Assembly: GCA_037137655.1 (NCBI GenBank)
Contig: JBAXJX010000001.1
Span: forward strand, 417,624 to 481,623
From: Candidatus Falkowbacteria bacterium
GTDB taxonomy: Bacteria > Patescibacteriota > Patescibacteriia > Patescibacteriales > UBA12465
Length of the DNA stretch: 64,000 bases
Direction: 5' to 3'
Position 1 is the first letter of the stretch; every line of letters begins with the position of its first letter. Shown piece after piece: positions 27,377-37,955 of this stretch. The translations under genes were made by a program, and so were the position numbers. Under the pieces are notes generated by a model, which ran no database searches, was not told the origin of the DNA, and was given only the letters and a program-made list of their open reading frames with translations.

Positions 27377-28336
27377 TTATTTTTTTACAGCCGGAACGGT
27401 GCCAACTGGATTGGCACTACCTTGAGGAAAATTATAGATTTTAAAAGGTAAACATTGATAACCAGTGTCATGGCGCAAGCGATCATCGATGTAACGGTAT
27501 TCTGATTGGGTTTTATCAAGATTGGAAGTCTTAAAATTAGCACACAACTTATAAGAAGAAGTGGCTATAATTTCGTAAGAATAAGTTTCGTTGGTAATTT
27601 GATTAGTGTAAATATTCTCCGAAAAACCAATCGAACTTTTTAATGCTTCTAGATTTTCTGGTAAGTGAGCATTTTGGGCGTAATAAGAATTAACATTATT
27701 ATCAATAGCGGAAAAATTATTAACAGTCTGGTCGTCGATGCGACGATTACGAGTTTTTTGTGGTGACTCCACAATGAACAATGAAGAAGCAAAAGCAACT
27801 AACACAATAACCACAGCCACATAAGTATAAATTTTAACAACCTTATCTTTTTTATCAATAATTTGGCGACGGATATCGTAAAGATAAAAACTAAAAGTCA
27901 TACCGGAAATACCAACCACCGTCAAAACCTTTAGAATAAATTGAGCCGTCAATTCCCCGTTTAAAAATCCTAAAATCGTCACAATCAAATAAACAATAAT
28001 CAAAACTGAACTTACAAGTAGAATAAAATAACTAAGCCAGCGGCGAATACCAGCATCCTTCGCCAATTTACCGGAATTCAAATCTTTATATATCAAGCGG
28101 CTCACAATAAAAAATATTGGGGTCGCAATAATAATAGCGGCAATCGCAAATTTCAAAACATCTTGAGAAAAATCAGTACCATATTGACCATTAATATCTG
28201 GTAAATTTTTATTTATAATTTGAAATAATATTTGACCAGTGGATAAAGCGGTGAAACACAAAGTTATCAAAGATAAGAGATAATAAAAGGCAAATTTAGC
28301 TGAATTTATTTTTACTGGTTGATTACTATTCTCCAT
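27377..28336 (-). CDS. hypothetical integral membrane protein
   Basis: 319 aa, 4 TM segments in N-terminal half, soluble C-terminal domain. Confidence 0.5.
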   Translation of the reverse strand: MENSNQPVKINSAKFAFYYLLSLITLCFTALSTGQILFQIINKNLPDINGQYGTDFSQDVLKFAIAAIIIATPIFFIVSRLIYKDLNSGKLAKDAGIRRWLSYFILLVSSVLIIVYLIVTILGFLNGELTAQFILKVLTVVGISGMTFSFYLYDIRRQIIDKKDKVVKIYTYVAVVIVLVAFASSLFIVESPQKTRNRRIDDQTVNNFSAIDNNVNSYYAQNAHLPENLEALKSSIGFSENIYTNQITNETYSYEIIATSSYKLCANFKTSNLDKTQSEYRYIDDRLRHDTGYQCLPFKIYNFPQGSANPVGTVPAVKK

Positions 28337-28422
28337 ATAATTACAAATTATTTTAAATTAATTTTTAATAACTTAGTCTAATTTTACCTTATATCCCTTT
28401 TTAAATCAAGAATTTACTAAGA

Positions 28423-29142
28423 TTAGCCTTTATTATGGTTTAAAATAGCTAGTGAGATTCTTTTAAATTCACCTGCCACTTCACTGTTTACAATTAAATG
28501 ACCCAAAGCTTCAAAATCAACCAATAAAACTTGGCGCATTAGCTTAAGACAGTTATCTGAAACCAGTGTCGATAAGCTAGCCGCTCGAACTTCGATAAAG
28601 CATTTATCACAAATAAGACCACCACGACTAAAAACAAAATGATTTTTTCCAGACACAATTTTTTGATTACAAACTAAGCAATTATTAAGCTCCGGACGAT
28701 AACCAAGTAAGGCTAGTAACTTTAAATCAAAATAACCAGCAAACAATTCTTCCATGTTATCCGCCTTAGCCATCGCCGCTAAAAATTCTTGCAATAGATA
28801 AAATAGGTCCGCATCCGGATGATCTTCGCGCACCAAAGTATTAAATACTGCGACAGCATTTCCAGCCCAAAGTATTTTATTATAGTCCGATTTAATTGTC
28901 GTCTGACAATCACGTGCTACAGCACTACCAATATATTTTTTAGTGCGACCGGAAATAATCATGATATCAACCAAATTAAGCGGCTCAATATGTGCCACTA
29001 ATTTTGACCCCGAGCGTTGTGTGCCGCGCGTAATTAATTCCAATTTACCGCGATCAAGTGTGTAAACAAAAACGCGGCTATCAACTTCCTTGTATGGCTC
29101 GCGTTTTAGAATTATTGCTTTGTCATTAAAAGTCTCGTCCAT
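28423..29142 (-). CDS. recO: DNA repair protein RecO
   Basis: N-terminal OB fold AIILKREPYKEVDSRVFVYT, C-terminal zinc motif CLVCNQK...LICDKC. Confidence 0.8.
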   Translation of the reverse strand: MDETFNDKAIILKREPYKEVDSRVFVYTLDRGKLELITRGTQRSGSKLVAHIEPLNLVDIMIISGRTKKYIGSAVARDCQTTIKSDYNKILWAGNAVAVFNTLVREDHPDADLFYLLQEFLAAMAKADNMEELFAGYFDLKLLALLGYRPELNNCLVCNQKIVSGKNHFVFSRGGLICDKCFIEVRAASLSTLVSDNCLKLMRQVLLVDFEALGHLIVNSEVAGEFKRISLAILNHNKG

Positions 29143-29144
29143 AC

Positions 29145-29522
29145 CTAAGCAATTTTATCTAAATAATCTTGCAAAATTAGCATGGCGGCTACTTCATCCC
29201 GACCATGCTTCTCACCCTTATTACCTTCCAAGGCGTCAGCCGCTTTACTGGAAAGACGTTCATCAATTAGCATTAAAGGCACAGTTGTATTTTTTTTAAG
29301 CAAGTCCATAAAAGCGGAAAATTGCTTGTTAACTTCCATATTAGAATCTTTCATTTTAAGAGGATGACCAATAACAATTTCATCAACTTCCTCGTCGGCG
29401 ATAACCTCCAATAATTCGCTAAAATTAGCCACAGTTGTGAACGGCAAAGCCATCCGAGTTTCTCCATCGGCCAGTGCTAAACCAATTCTCTTTTCACCCC
29501 AATCAATCCCAAGATAAGTCAT
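29145..29522 (-). CDS. ruvX: Holliday junction resolvase-like YqgF/RuvX
   Basis: MTYLGIDWGEKRIGLALAD...LMLIDERLSSKAA RNase H-like YqgF pattern. Confidence 0.85.
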   Translation of the reverse strand: MTYLGIDWGEKRIGLALADGETRMALPFTTVANFSELLEVIADEEVDEIVIGHPLKMKDSNMEVNKQFSAFMDLLKKNTTVPLMLIDERLSSKAADALEGNKGEKHGRDEVAAMLILQDYLDKIA

Positions 29523-29540
29523 TTTATCAATGTTAAAAAA

Positions 29541-30320
29541 TTAAATTGTCAAAACCTCGCAGCCGTTTTTAGTCACCACCACGGTATGCTCAAAATGAGC
29601 GCTTAAAGATCCATCAGCCGTTATCACTGTCATTCTATCAGGTGCCGTTTTAACTTTCCAAGTACCCATATTAATCATCGGCTCAATTGCCAAAACCATC
29701 CCCTCCTTCAAGGTCATATTCTCTGAAGAATTATCACCAATCTCATAATTAAAAACATTCGGCTCCTCATGCGCCTTATAGCCAACGCCATGACCGACTA
29801 AATCGCGCACCACACCGTAATTATATTTATCAGCCAAGCTTTCCACTGCTTTTCCAATATCATTTAATGTCGCACCAGCTTTCACCTTCTTAATAGCGGC
29901 CGTTAAACAATCGCGTGAAACTTTCATTAATTTAGTTGCCTCTTTAGAAACTTTTCCCACCGGCACTGTCACACACATATCAGTGAACAAACCATTTTTA
30001 GCTGGGTATTCCATACCAATATCCAAATCAATAATATCACCCGCCTTTAAAATCCGACCTGGAACCGCTGGACCATGAACCACTTCATTATTGATTGAAG
30101 CACACACTGCTGTTGGAAAATAAACGTTAGCACCCATCGGATAATCCTTAAACGACGGTCGGCCACCAGCCTTTTCAATTAGCTCACAGCACAAATCTTC
30201 AATCTCCGCCGTGCTCACGCCCGGCTTCACCATCGCCACCAAAGCCTTTAAAATCGCCGCTAGCTTATGACCACCAACACGAATAATATCAATTTCTTCT
30301 TTTGTTTTTATTGTTACCAT
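29541..30320 (-). CDS. map: methionine aminopeptidase type I
   Basis: metal ligands context D(IIDLD), HGVGYKAHEEP, EPMIN, FEHTVVVT. Confidence 0.9.
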   Translation of the reverse strand: MVTIKTKEEIDIIRVGGHKLAAILKALVAMVKPGVSTAEIEDLCCELIEKAGGRPSFKDYPMGANVYFPTAVCASINNEVVHGPAVPGRILKAGDIIDLDIGMEYPAKNGLFTDMCVTVPVGKVSKEATKLMKVSRDCLTAAIKKVKAGATLNDIGKAVESLADKYNYGVVRDLVGHGVGYKAHEEPNVFNYEIGDNSSENMTLKEGMVLAIEPMINMGTWKVKTAPDRMTVITADGSLSAHFEHTVVVTKNGCEVLTI

Positions 30321-30425
30321 ATTTTTTTAATATTATAATTATAATAAAATTATAACACATCCAAAAACAAAAAATAAGGGGTTTAAGCCTTATTTTTTTA
30401 TAGAGTCGAATTTATTTATTTTTTA

Positions 30426-31700
30426 CTAGACATTATCATATTCCCGCATTGTAATTTGAGCTTGAATCTGTTTAACAGTTTCAATAACCACAGACACAAC
30501 GATCAGCAAACTAGTACCGCCAATCGCGAGTGATTGAATACCGGTGAAATAACGAATTATTAGTGGCATAATAGCAATTAAACCCAAGAATAAAGCGCCA
30601 GTTAGAATGATTTTATGTGTAGTGTAGGAAATGTAATCAGCTGTTGGCTTACCTGGTCTAATGCCAGGGATAAAACCACCACCCTTTTGCAGATTTTCCG
30701 CAATTTGATCAGGATGGAAAACAACTTCGGTATAGAAATAAGTGAAACCAAAAACCAATAAGAAATAAATAATGCCGTAGAATAATTGATTTTGAAAAAT
30801 ATTTATTGTCCAATTGGAGAAATTAGCTAACCATGCAGTTTTAGCATGTATAAAGAAATTAGCTAACATTGGTGGAATCATGATAAGTGAAATAGCAAAG
30901 ATAATTGGAATAACACCAGCCATGTTAACACGAAGTGGTAAGTTACTAGCTTGACCGCCAGTTGGATTATTACCTCTCATTTGACGAGCGTATTGAATTG
31001 GAATATTTCTTTCACCTTCATTAATAACAACTACACCAACAACCGTTAAAATCGCCACCAAAACTAAACCGATTAAAGTAAAGATTTGAGTACTATCAAA
31101 AGAATATGATAATTGTCCGATTTGACCAGGAAGTGCAGCGACGATACCAGCAAAAATTAAGAAAGAGATACCATTACCAATCTTTCTCTTAGAAATCAAT
31201 TCACCTAACCACATTAAGAATACTGTACCAGCTGTAATTGTCGTAATCATTAAGATTGTATCAAAAACTGAAGTACTAGTTATTAATTGGCGAGAAGAAC
31301 GTTGCAACAAGTTCAACATACCGTAAGCTTGCAAAGCAGCTAATGGTACAGTTGCCCAACGTGTCCAAGAATTGATCTTTTGACGACCAGATTCTTCTTT
31401 TTGCATTTCTTCCACCTTCGGAGAAATCATACCAAGAAGTTGGAAAATAATAGAAGAAGTAATATATGGTGCCACACCCATCATAACGATAGAGAAATTT
31501 TTCATACCACCACCGGAAAAAAGATCCATTAGTCCTAAAAGTTGATTAGAACCAAACAATTCTTTTAAAGCGGCAGTATTAATTCCTGGGATTGGGATAT
31601 GCACAGCCAAGCGAAAAATCGTCAACATCAACAAAACAAACAAAATATTATTACGCAAATCCTTGATTTTCCAAATTTGTCTGACTTTATCAATAAACAT
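30426..31700 (-). CDS. secY: preprotein translocase subunit SecY
   Basis: 10-TM protein, conserved SecY plug and GGxxxFS motifs; position after rplO. Confidence 0.9.
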   Translation of the reverse strand: MFIDKVRQIWKIKDLRNNILFVLLMLTIFRLAVHIPIPGINTAALKELFGSNQLLGLMDLFSGGGMKNFSIVMMGVAPYITSSIIFQLLGMISPKVEEMQKEESGRQKINSWTRWATVPLAALQAYGMLNLLQRSSRQLITSTSVFDTILMITTITAGTVFLMWLGELISKRKIGNGISFLIFAGIVAALPGQIGQLSYSFDSTQIFTLIGLVLVAILTVVGVVVINEGERNIPIQYARQMRGNNPTGGQASNLPLRVNMAGVIPIIFAISLIMIPPMLANFFIHAKTAWLANFSNWTINIFQNQLFYGIIYFLLVFGFTYFYTEVVFHPDQIAENLQKGGGFIPGIRPGKPTADYISYTTHKIILTGALFLGLIAIMPLIIRYFTGIQSLAIGGTSLLIVVSVVIETVKQIQAQITMREYDNV

Positions 31701-31714
31701 ATATTTTTATATTT

Positions 31715-32134
31715 TTACGCTACAGATTTTTTAACACTTTCACTCATTTTAACACCACTGAATTCTAAACCCTTAAGTGTTAATTTGTCTTTTCCTAAAA
31801 TTTTAACTGGTTTTTTAACATCTTTAATTAAACCTTTTTCAAATAGAGTTTCTGGATTAATTTTATCATTATCTTTAAAAGTTTTATTGATAGTCAAGAT
31901 GCTAATCGCCATTGCTTTTGGATATAAAGATCTAAAACCACGAGATTTTGGAATCTGTAATAATTGCTTTTTCATACCCAAACGTTTCAAGTTGCTGACA
32001 CCAGCACGAGCTCTTTGTCCTTTCAAACCTTTAGTCGCATAGGTACCATGACCGGAAGAGTTACCACGGCCAACAATCTTTCTCTTTTTAAGAGCACCTT
32101 TTGACTTTTTGATTGTGCTTAATTCAATTGCCAT
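31715..32134 (-). CDS. rplO: 50S ribosomal protein L15
   Basis: GRGNSSGHGTYATKGLKGQRARAG. Confidence 0.9.
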   Translation of the reverse strand: MAIELSTIKKSKGALKKRKIVGRGNSSGHGTYATKGLKGQRARAGVSNLKRLGMKKQLLQIPKSRGFRSLYPKAMAISILTINKTFKDNDKINPETLFEKGLIKDVKKPVKILGKDKLTLKGLEFSGVKMSESVKKSVA

Positions 32135-32163
32135 ATATTAATAATTTAAAATAATAAGATAGA

Positions 32164-32805
32164 TTATTTCTTTTCAGCTTTTACCGCTTTAGGCTTTTCA
32201 GCTTCGGCAACAACTTCTTTTTTGTCTTTGTTTTGTTTTGGTTCAGGTGTCTTCATGCTACGTAAAGCTTCCATAACGCAGCGAGCGTTATTAATTTTAT
32301 TGTTAGTACCTAAAATTTTAGAAGTGGCATTTTTAACACCAGCTAATTCTAAAATAATACGAACTACACCACCAGCGATAACACCGCGACCCTTCTTGGC
32401 TGGTTTAAATAAAATTTTAGCAGCTCCAACCTTACATTCGATAGAATGAGGTAATGTATCATTAACAGTAATAACTTTAAACATTTTTTTCTTAGCTTGA
32501 TTAACAGCCTTATTAACAGCAATAGTCACATCAGCACCTTTACCTAAACCGATACCGATTGAACCATTTCTATCACCAAGTGCAACGCAAGCTCTAAAGC
32601 TCATTCTCTTACCACCCTTCATCACACGAGTTACACGAGCGATATCCAAAATTCTTTGATCACCGTCATCCTTTTTTTCAAATCTTCCACCAGCCGGTTT
32701 TTTTCCGCCGAATTTTTTTGCACCGTAAACAGATTTTGCTACAGCTGCTTCAACAGCGCCGCTTAAATCTTTTTTTACTTCAACTTGTTGTTTTTCTTCC
32801 GCCAT
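32164..32805 (-). CDS. rpsE: 30S ribosomal protein S5 with K/A-rich N- and C-terminal extensions
   Basis: RVTRVMKGGKRMSFRACVALGDRNGSIGIGLGKG core; directly followed by rplO with no rpmD (L30) between. Confidence 0.9.
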   Translation of the reverse strand: MAEEKQQVEVKKDLSGAVEAAVAKSVYGAKKFGGKKPAGGRFEKKDDGDQRILDIARVTRVMKGGKRMSFRACVALGDRNGSIGIGLGKGADVTIAVNKAVNQAKKKMFKVITVNDTLPHSIECKVGAAKILFKPAKKGRGVIAGGVVRIILELAGVKNATSKILGTNNKINNARCVMEALRSMKTPEPKQNKDKKEVVAEAEKPKAVKAEKK

Positions 32806-32824
32806 ATAATTTTATATTTTATAT

Positions 32825-33181
32825 TTAGAATTTTAAACCACCTTCGCGGGCGCCTTCAGCTGCAGCCTTAACACGACCATGATATCTCAAACCACCGCGA
32901 TCAAAAACTACTGTATCAATCTTGCTGTCAGCCGCTTTTTTAGCGATCAACAAACCCAACTCTTTAGCCACCTCAGTTTTAGTTTTCTTTTCGGCTTTGA
33001 TTTCTGAAATTGAAGCACTAGCGATTGTTACAGCCTTAGCATCATCGATCAATTGCAAATACATTCCTTTATTGGAACGAAAAACGTTTAATCTTGGACG
33101 AGTAGCAGTACCAATAATCTTAATTCTGATTTTTTTGTGACGGCGCTCAATTTTTTCTTGTTTTAATTTTTGCTTATTCAT
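32825..33181 (-). CDS. rplR: 50S ribosomal protein L18
   Basis: [20 protein letters not shown]...[28 protein letters not shown]. Confidence 0.9.
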   Translation of the reverse strand: MNKQKLKQEKIERRHKKIRIKIIGTATRPRLNVFRSNKGMYLQLIDDAKAVTIASASISEIKAEKKTKTEVAKELGLLIAKKAADSKIDTVVFDRGGLRYHGRVKAAAEGAREGGLKF

Positions 33182-33193
33182 ATTATATTTAAA

Positions 33194-33736
33194 TTATTTT
33201 GAAGCCGCAGTCTTACCAGCTTTGCGTCTAATAACTTCATCAATATATCTAATACCTTTTCCTTTGTATGGTTCAGGTTTTCTAAGTCTTCTAATTTGAG
33301 CTGACACTTCGCCCACAACTTGTTTATCAAAACCGCTGATTGTTAAAAAGTTACCTTCAACCAAAGCAGTGATTCCTTCTGGTAATGGAAAATCAACTTG
33401 ATGAGAAAATCCTAAGTTCAACAATAATTTCTGACCATTAACCTGAGCACGGTAACCAACACCCTTGATTTCCATTTTCTTAAAGAAACCAGTGGATACG
33501 CCGATAACCATATTATTGATTAAGTTGCGGAATAATCCCCAAAAAGCTCTAACTTTAACATTTTCTTTATCATTAACGTCAACAGTGATAGTGTTGTTTT
33601 CAACATTAACAGAAACCTCGCTTCGCAGAGCTAGTTTTAATTCCCCTTTTGGTCCTTTAACAGTAATATTTTTACCGCTAACTTTAACTTCAACGTTAGC
33701 TGGGATTGTAATTGGCGCTTTTCCTATTCTAGACAT
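33194..33736 (-). CDS. rplF: 50S ribosomal protein L6
   Basis: MSRIGKAPITIPANVEVKV...GVGYRAQ...LNLGFSH. Confidence 0.9.
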   Translation of the reverse strand: MSRIGKAPITIPANVEVKVSGKNITVKGPKGELKLALRSEVSVNVENNTITVDVNDKENVKVRAFWGLFRNLINNMVIGVSTGFFKKMEIKGVGYRAQVNGQKLLLNLGFSHQVDFPLPEGITALVEGNFLTISGFDKQVVGEVSAQIRRLRKPEPYKGKGIRYIDEVIRRKAGKTAASK

Positions 33737-33747
33737 AAATTTAAAAA

Positions 33748-34164
33748 TTAATAGATTTCACAAAGAAGCTCTCCACCGATATTCTTACGGCGTGCTTCTC
33801 TGTTAGTCATTAAACCCTGTGGTGTTGACAATATAGCAATACCTAAATTGTTCAAAACAGTTGGGATATGGTCTTTATCAACATAAACTCTTAAACCAGG
33901 TTTGCTGATTCTTTTTAACAAAGTAATGTAAGATTTACCATCCTCGCGGTATTTTAAAGTGATTTTAATACTATCAAAAGCGGCAGTCTTATTTTTTGCC
34001 CCAGCGATAGCCTTAACTAATTCAACTTTGTTAACCCACTTGTCGCGCTCTAAAATTTTAGCAATTTCATACTTAATTTTGCTCATGGGTATAACAACAT
34101 CTTTCTTTTTTACTAAAAAAGAGTTTCTAATTCTTGTAAGCATGTCTGCTATTGGATCCGTCAT
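33748..34164 (-). CDS. rpsH: 30S ribosomal protein S8
   Basis: MTDPIADMLTRIRNS...LSTPQGLMTNREARRKNIGGELLCEIY. Confidence 0.9.
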   Translation of the reverse strand: MTDPIADMLTRIRNSFLVKKKDVVIPMSKIKYEIAKILERDKWVNKVELVKAIAGAKNKTAAFDSIKITLKYREDGKSYITLLKRISKPGLRVYVDKDHIPTVLNNLGIAILSTPQGLMTNREARRKNIGGELLCEIY

Positions 34165-34249
34165 AAATTTATCTTGAATTACGAATTACCGATTTAATTT
34201 TCTTATTATCTAGTAATTCATTATAGTATTTGAAAAAAAATTTTAATAA

Positions 34250-34435
34250 TTACCAACTTGCTTTTTTAATACCCGGTAGATCACCGTTATCAGCTAACTC
34301 TCTAAAGCAAATACGACACAAACCGAAATCGCGCATGTATCCATGATTTCTACCACAACGCCAACATCGATTTATAGTTCGTGTGGAAAATTTTGGTTTT
34401 CTTTTTGCCTTAACAATTAATGCAGTTCGAGCCAT
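34250..34435 (-). CDS. rpsZ: 30S ribosomal protein S14 type Z (zinc-binding)
   Basis: 61 aa, [23 protein letters not shown]. Confidence 0.9.
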   Translation of the reverse strand: MARTALIVKAKRKPKFSTRTINRCWRCGRNHGYMRDFGLCRICFRELADNGDLPGIKKASW

Positions 34436-34458
34436 AATTTTATGTAAACTTAAATAAA

Positions 34459-34998
34459 TTATTTTTTAAACGGGAAACCGATTGCATTATATAATGCTAA
34501 ACCGTCTTCTCTGTTTTTAGCGGTGCTAGAAATAACAACTTCTAAACCGTGAATATTATCAATATCTTCAGCTTTCATTTCTGGGAAAGCAGAATTTTCT
34601 TTGAACCCAATTGAAAAATTTCCAGTCTTATCAATCGCTTTATCATCTAAACCACGGAAATCTCTAACACGTGGAAAAGTAACATTGATCAATTTATCCA
34701 AAAAATCATACATTCTATCACCACGTAAAGTTACCATTGCTCCAATAGTCATACCTTCACGAAGTTTAAAAGCGGAAATTGATTTTTTTGATTTAGTGAA
34801 AACTGGTTTTTGTCCAGAAATAGCAGTTAAAGTTTTAGCAACACCAGCCATAAACTCTTTTTCATTGCCATGTTTACCAAAACCAACGTTAATCACAACT
34901 TTAAGCAAACGCGGCACCAAAAGACCATTAGTGAGACCTAAATCCTTTTTTAGCTGCGGTACTATTTCTTTTTTGTATCTTTCTTTTAATCTCATCAT
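34459..34998 (-). CDS. rplE: 50S ribosomal protein L5
   Basis: [21 protein letters not shown]...RGLD...NFSIGFKE. Confidence 0.9.
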   Translation of the reverse strand: MMRLKERYKKEIVPQLKKDLGLTNGLLVPRLLKVVINVGFGKHGNEKEFMAGVAKTLTAISGQKPVFTKSKKSISAFKLREGMTIGAMVTLRGDRMYDFLDKLINVTFPRVRDFRGLDDKAIDKTGNFSIGFKENSAFPEMKAEDIDNIHGLEVVISSTAKNREDGLALYNAIGFPFKK

Positions 34999-35012
34999 AT
35001 ATTTATAAAAAA

Positions 35013-35336
35013 TTAATCAATTGATTGTTCGCATTTCTTACAGACACGGTATTTTTTAGACTTACCATCCTCAGATTTAACGATTTTGTAAGCGATTCTA
35101 GTTGTCTTGCCACATTTTGGGCAAACTACAGCCACATTAGAAGCATTAACAAAAGACGGAAATTCTATTCTTTGACCTTTTTCACCACGTTTTGATGGAC
35201 GTAAATGTTTAATCAATAAGTTTAAACCTTCTACGCTCACTTTTCCGGCTTCAGGCATAACCTGTAAGATTTTACCGCTTTTACCACGGTCCTTACCAGT
35301 TAAAACTTTTACATTGTCGTTTTTCTTAATATTCAT
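35013..35336 (-). CDS. rplX: 50S ribosomal protein L24 with C-terminal zinc-ribbon extension
   Basis: KOW core VKKNDNVKVLTGKDRGKSGKILQV; C-terminal CPKCG...CKKC. Confidence 0.85.
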   Translation of the reverse strand: MNIKKNDNVKVLTGKDRGKSGKILQVMPEAGKVSVEGLNLLIKHLRPSKRGEKGQRIEFPSFVNASNVAVVCPKCGKTTRIAYKIVKSEDGKSKKYRVCKKCEQSID

Positions 35337-35360
35337 AATATTTTAATTGAAAATAAAAAC

Positions 35361-35732
35361 TTATAGAACTTCTGGAGCTAAAGAAATAATTTTCATATAG
35401 CCAGCGCCACGTAATTCTCTAGCAACCGGTCCAAAAATACGACTAGCTTTTGGTTCTTTCTTTTCTTTATCAATAATTACGCAAGCGTTATCATCGAAAC
35501 GAACATAAGAACCATCAGGACGACGGATTTCTTTTTTAGTTCTAACTACAACTGCGTAGATAACATCACCTTTTTTAACTGGGTTATGTGGAGTTGAAGT
35601 CTTAACACAGGCTACGATAATATCACCAACACCGGCGTATCGTCTTCCTGTGCCGCCTAAAACCTTAATGCACATTACTTCTTTGGCACCAGAGTTATCA
35701 GCCACTCTTAATCTTGATTGAACTTGTATCAT
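35361..35732 (-). CDS. rplN: 50S ribosomal protein L14
   Basis: [27 protein letters not shown]. Confidence 0.9.
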   Translation of the reverse strand: MIQVQSRLRVADNSGAKEVMCIKVLGGTGRRYAGVGDIIVACVKTSTPHNPVKKGDVIYAVVVRTKKEIRRPDGSYVRFDDNACVIIDKEKKEPKASRIFGPVARELRGAGYMKIISLAPEVL

Positions 35733-35736
35733 ATAA

Positions 35737-36024
35737 TTAATTAGTTACAACGCGCCACTTTTTTTCCTTACTTAGTGGGCGACATTCGACGAAAGAAACT
35801 TTATCACCAGTACTGCATTCATTTTTTTCATCATGCACTTTATATTTGCTAGTAACTTTGTATCTTTTTTTATATTTAGGGTGCATCTTAATGCGTTCAA
35901 CTTTGACAACAATTGTTTTGTCGCCTTTATCGCTCACTACTTCACCGGAAAATTTCTTTAAAATTTTTGGTTTGGCAGCGGACACCTTTTCAATTTTGCT
36001 TTTAGTGTTAGCCATATGTAACAA
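35737..36024 (-). CDS. rpsQ: 30S ribosomal protein S17
   Basis: [66 protein letters not shown]; start may be MANTK (36015). Confidence 0.9.
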   Translation of the reverse strand: MLHMANTKSKIEKVSAAKPKILKKFSGEVVSDKGDKTIVVKVERIKMHPKYKKRYKVTSKYKVHDEKNECSTGDKVSFVECRPLSKEKKWRVVTN

Positions 36025-36029
36025 ATTTA

Positions 36030-36221
36030 TTATTTAATCTCTTTATTATTTAATACAGTTAAAACTTGAGCGATTTGCTTTTTTACTTCCCTGATCTCAC
36101 GCACATCTTTTAATTGATGATTAGAATCCTTAAAACGAAGATCGCGATTCTTATCTCTCAAATCAGCCAATGAACGTTGCAATTCCGCTTCGCTTTTATT
36201 TTTTAATTCTTTAAAATCCAT
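36030..36221 (-). CDS. rpmC: 50S ribosomal protein L29
   Basis: 63 aa, ELKNKSEAELQRSLADLRDKNRDLRF; position between rplP and rpsQ. Confidence 0.85.
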   Translation of the reverse strand: MDFKELKNKSEAELQRSLADLRDKNRDLRFKDSNHQLKDVREIREVKKQIAQVLTVLNNKEIK

Positions 36222-36232
36222 ATATATAAAAA

Positions 36233-36637
36233 TTATTTTTTAACAATTTTACATTTCACAGGCAATTTGTACATCGCATCAGTCATAGCCTTAGTTGCGA
36301 TTTCTTCTGTTAAACCATCAACCTCAAACATAATCATACCTGGTTTAACAACAACAACGTAATGATCAACGCTACCCTTACCTTTACCCATAGGGATTTC
36401 GCCGCCTTTTTTAGTTACTGGTTTGTCAGGGAAAATTCTAATCCAAATCTTACCAGTCTTTTTTGTGTATTTAGCCATAGCGCGACGAGCGGATTCAATT
36501 TGGCGAGCTGTTACCCAGCAGTTTTCAACAGTTTTTAAACCAAAACTACCAAAAGCAACTGTCAATTTCGATGACGCCTTACCACCACGTCGGCCTTTGT
36601 GACTTTTTCTATGTTTTAATTTTTTCGGCATTAACAT
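36233..36637 (-). CDS. rplP: 50S ribosomal protein L16
   Basis: MLMPKKLKHRKSHKGRRGGKA...ARQIESARRAM...IWIRIFPDKPVTKK. Confidence 0.9.
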   Translation of the reverse strand: MLMPKKLKHRKSHKGRRGGKASSKLTVAFGSFGLKTVENCWVTARQIESARRAMAKYTKKTGKIWIRIFPDKPVTKKGGEIPMGKGKGSVDHYVVVVKPGMIMFEVDGLTEEIATKAMTDAMYKLPVKCKIVKK

Positions 36638-36649
36638 ATTATTGCAAAA

Positions 36650-37315
36650 TTATTTTTTCTTATTATCAAAAACCTCGCCTTTATAAATCCAAACTTTAAT
36701 ACCGATAGCACCGTAAGTAGTATGAGCAACACCACGAGCGTAATCAATATCAGCACGTAAAGTATTAAGTGGAACTTTACCCCAAACCAATTTTTCAGTA
36801 CGAGCGATTTCAGCACCGTTTAAACGACCAGCAATAGCAACCTTAACACCCAAAGCACCAGCGCGTTCAATACGAGAAATTGCTTGCTTCATAACTTTTC
36901 GGAAAGGAGCACGTTTTTCAATTTCCAAAATCATGGATTGAACAGTAATTTGAGCACTTAAATTTGGTTGAGCAACTTCTTTAATATTAATATTAACGTC
37001 ACTTGTTCTAATGCCAGCTGGATTAGATAAAAATTTACGGTGTAGTTTTGATTTTAATTCTTCAATACCATTACCACCGCGACCGATCAAAACACCTGGC
37101 TTACCAGTATGTACATCAATCACAATTTTCTTAGCTGCACGGAAAATTTCAACCTTATCGATTCCCGCTTCTTTGTACTCTTTAATTAAAAACTTACGAA
37201 TGTTAACATCTTGTTCAACATTTTTAATATAAGTTTTACCAATAGCGAACCATGTTGATGGCCAGCTACGAGTGATTCCCATTCTTAAAATTTTTGGATT
37301 AACCTTTTTGCCCAT
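36650..37315 (-). CDS. rpsC: 30S ribosomal protein S3
   Basis: MGKKVNPKILRMGITRSW...KH domain...GIKVWIYKGEV. Confidence 0.9.
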   Translation of the reverse strand: MGKKVNPKILRMGITRSWPSTWFAIGKTYIKNVEQDVNIRKFLIKEYKEAGIDKVEIFRAAKKIVIDVHTGKPGVLIGRGGNGIEELKSKLHRKFLSNPAGIRTSDVNINIKEVAQPNLSAQITVQSMILEIEKRAPFRKVMKQAISRIERAGALGVKVAIAGRLNGAEIARTEKLVWGKVPLNTLRADIDYARGVAHTTYGAIGIKVWIYKGEVFDNKKK

Positions 37316-37354
37316 AATATTTGTTTAAATATTTGTTTAAATTGAAAATACTAA

Positions 37355-37939
37355 TTAACCGCTCTTGCGTCGGAACATCTTACCGGCGAAACCTTTTGAG
37401 CTACCGCCTTCGATTCTAGCATGTCCGTGACGACCTTCCATGCGTGGGTCAACTATTTCATTTTCTACTTCTTCACTTTCTTTAACTTGTTTAACTGGAG
37501 CTTTCGGTTTTTTAGCTACTGGAGCTTCGTTAGAAGCGTTAACTAAATTTTCCATTTTTACCGGTTCTTCAATCTTCTGTTTTTTAGCTGTTTTAATTCC
37601 GCTCTCCTTGATCTCATCCAAAATTAAATTGATATGAGCAGCTCTCTTTCTGATAACTGTCGCACGACCATGAGCTTTAGGCATCCAACGTTTTAAAGTT
37701 CGACCCTCATTAACCATGATTGATTTGATATATAAATTATCCTTATCAAGACCGAAATTGTTAACCGCGTTAGCAATAGCTGACTCAATTAACTTAGCAA
37801 TCGGATCGCCTGGTTTTTTATTCAAAAATCTTAACTGATCCAAAGCTTTGGCAGTCGGCATAGTGCGGATAACATCTGCTACCAAACGAACTTTTTGGGC
37901 TGATGTACGTAAATCGTTTAAACTTGCTTTAATTTCCAT
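37355..37939 (-). CDS. rplV: 50S ribosomal protein L22 with long C-terminal extension
   Basis: MEIKASLNDLRTSAQKVRLVADVIR...GRATVIRKRAAHINLILDE core; ~80-aa K/E-rich tail. Confidence 0.9.
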   Translation of the reverse strand: MEIKASLNDLRTSAQKVRLVADVIRTMPTAKALDQLRFLNKKPGDPIAKLIESAIANAVNNFGLDKDNLYIKSIMVNEGRTLKRWMPKAHGRATVIRKRAAHINLILDEIKESGIKTAKKQKIEEPVKMENLVNASNEAPVAKKPKAPVKQVKESEEVENEIVDPRMEGRHGHARIEGGSSKGFAGKMFRRKSG

Positions 37940-37955
37940 ATTAATCTAATTAATT

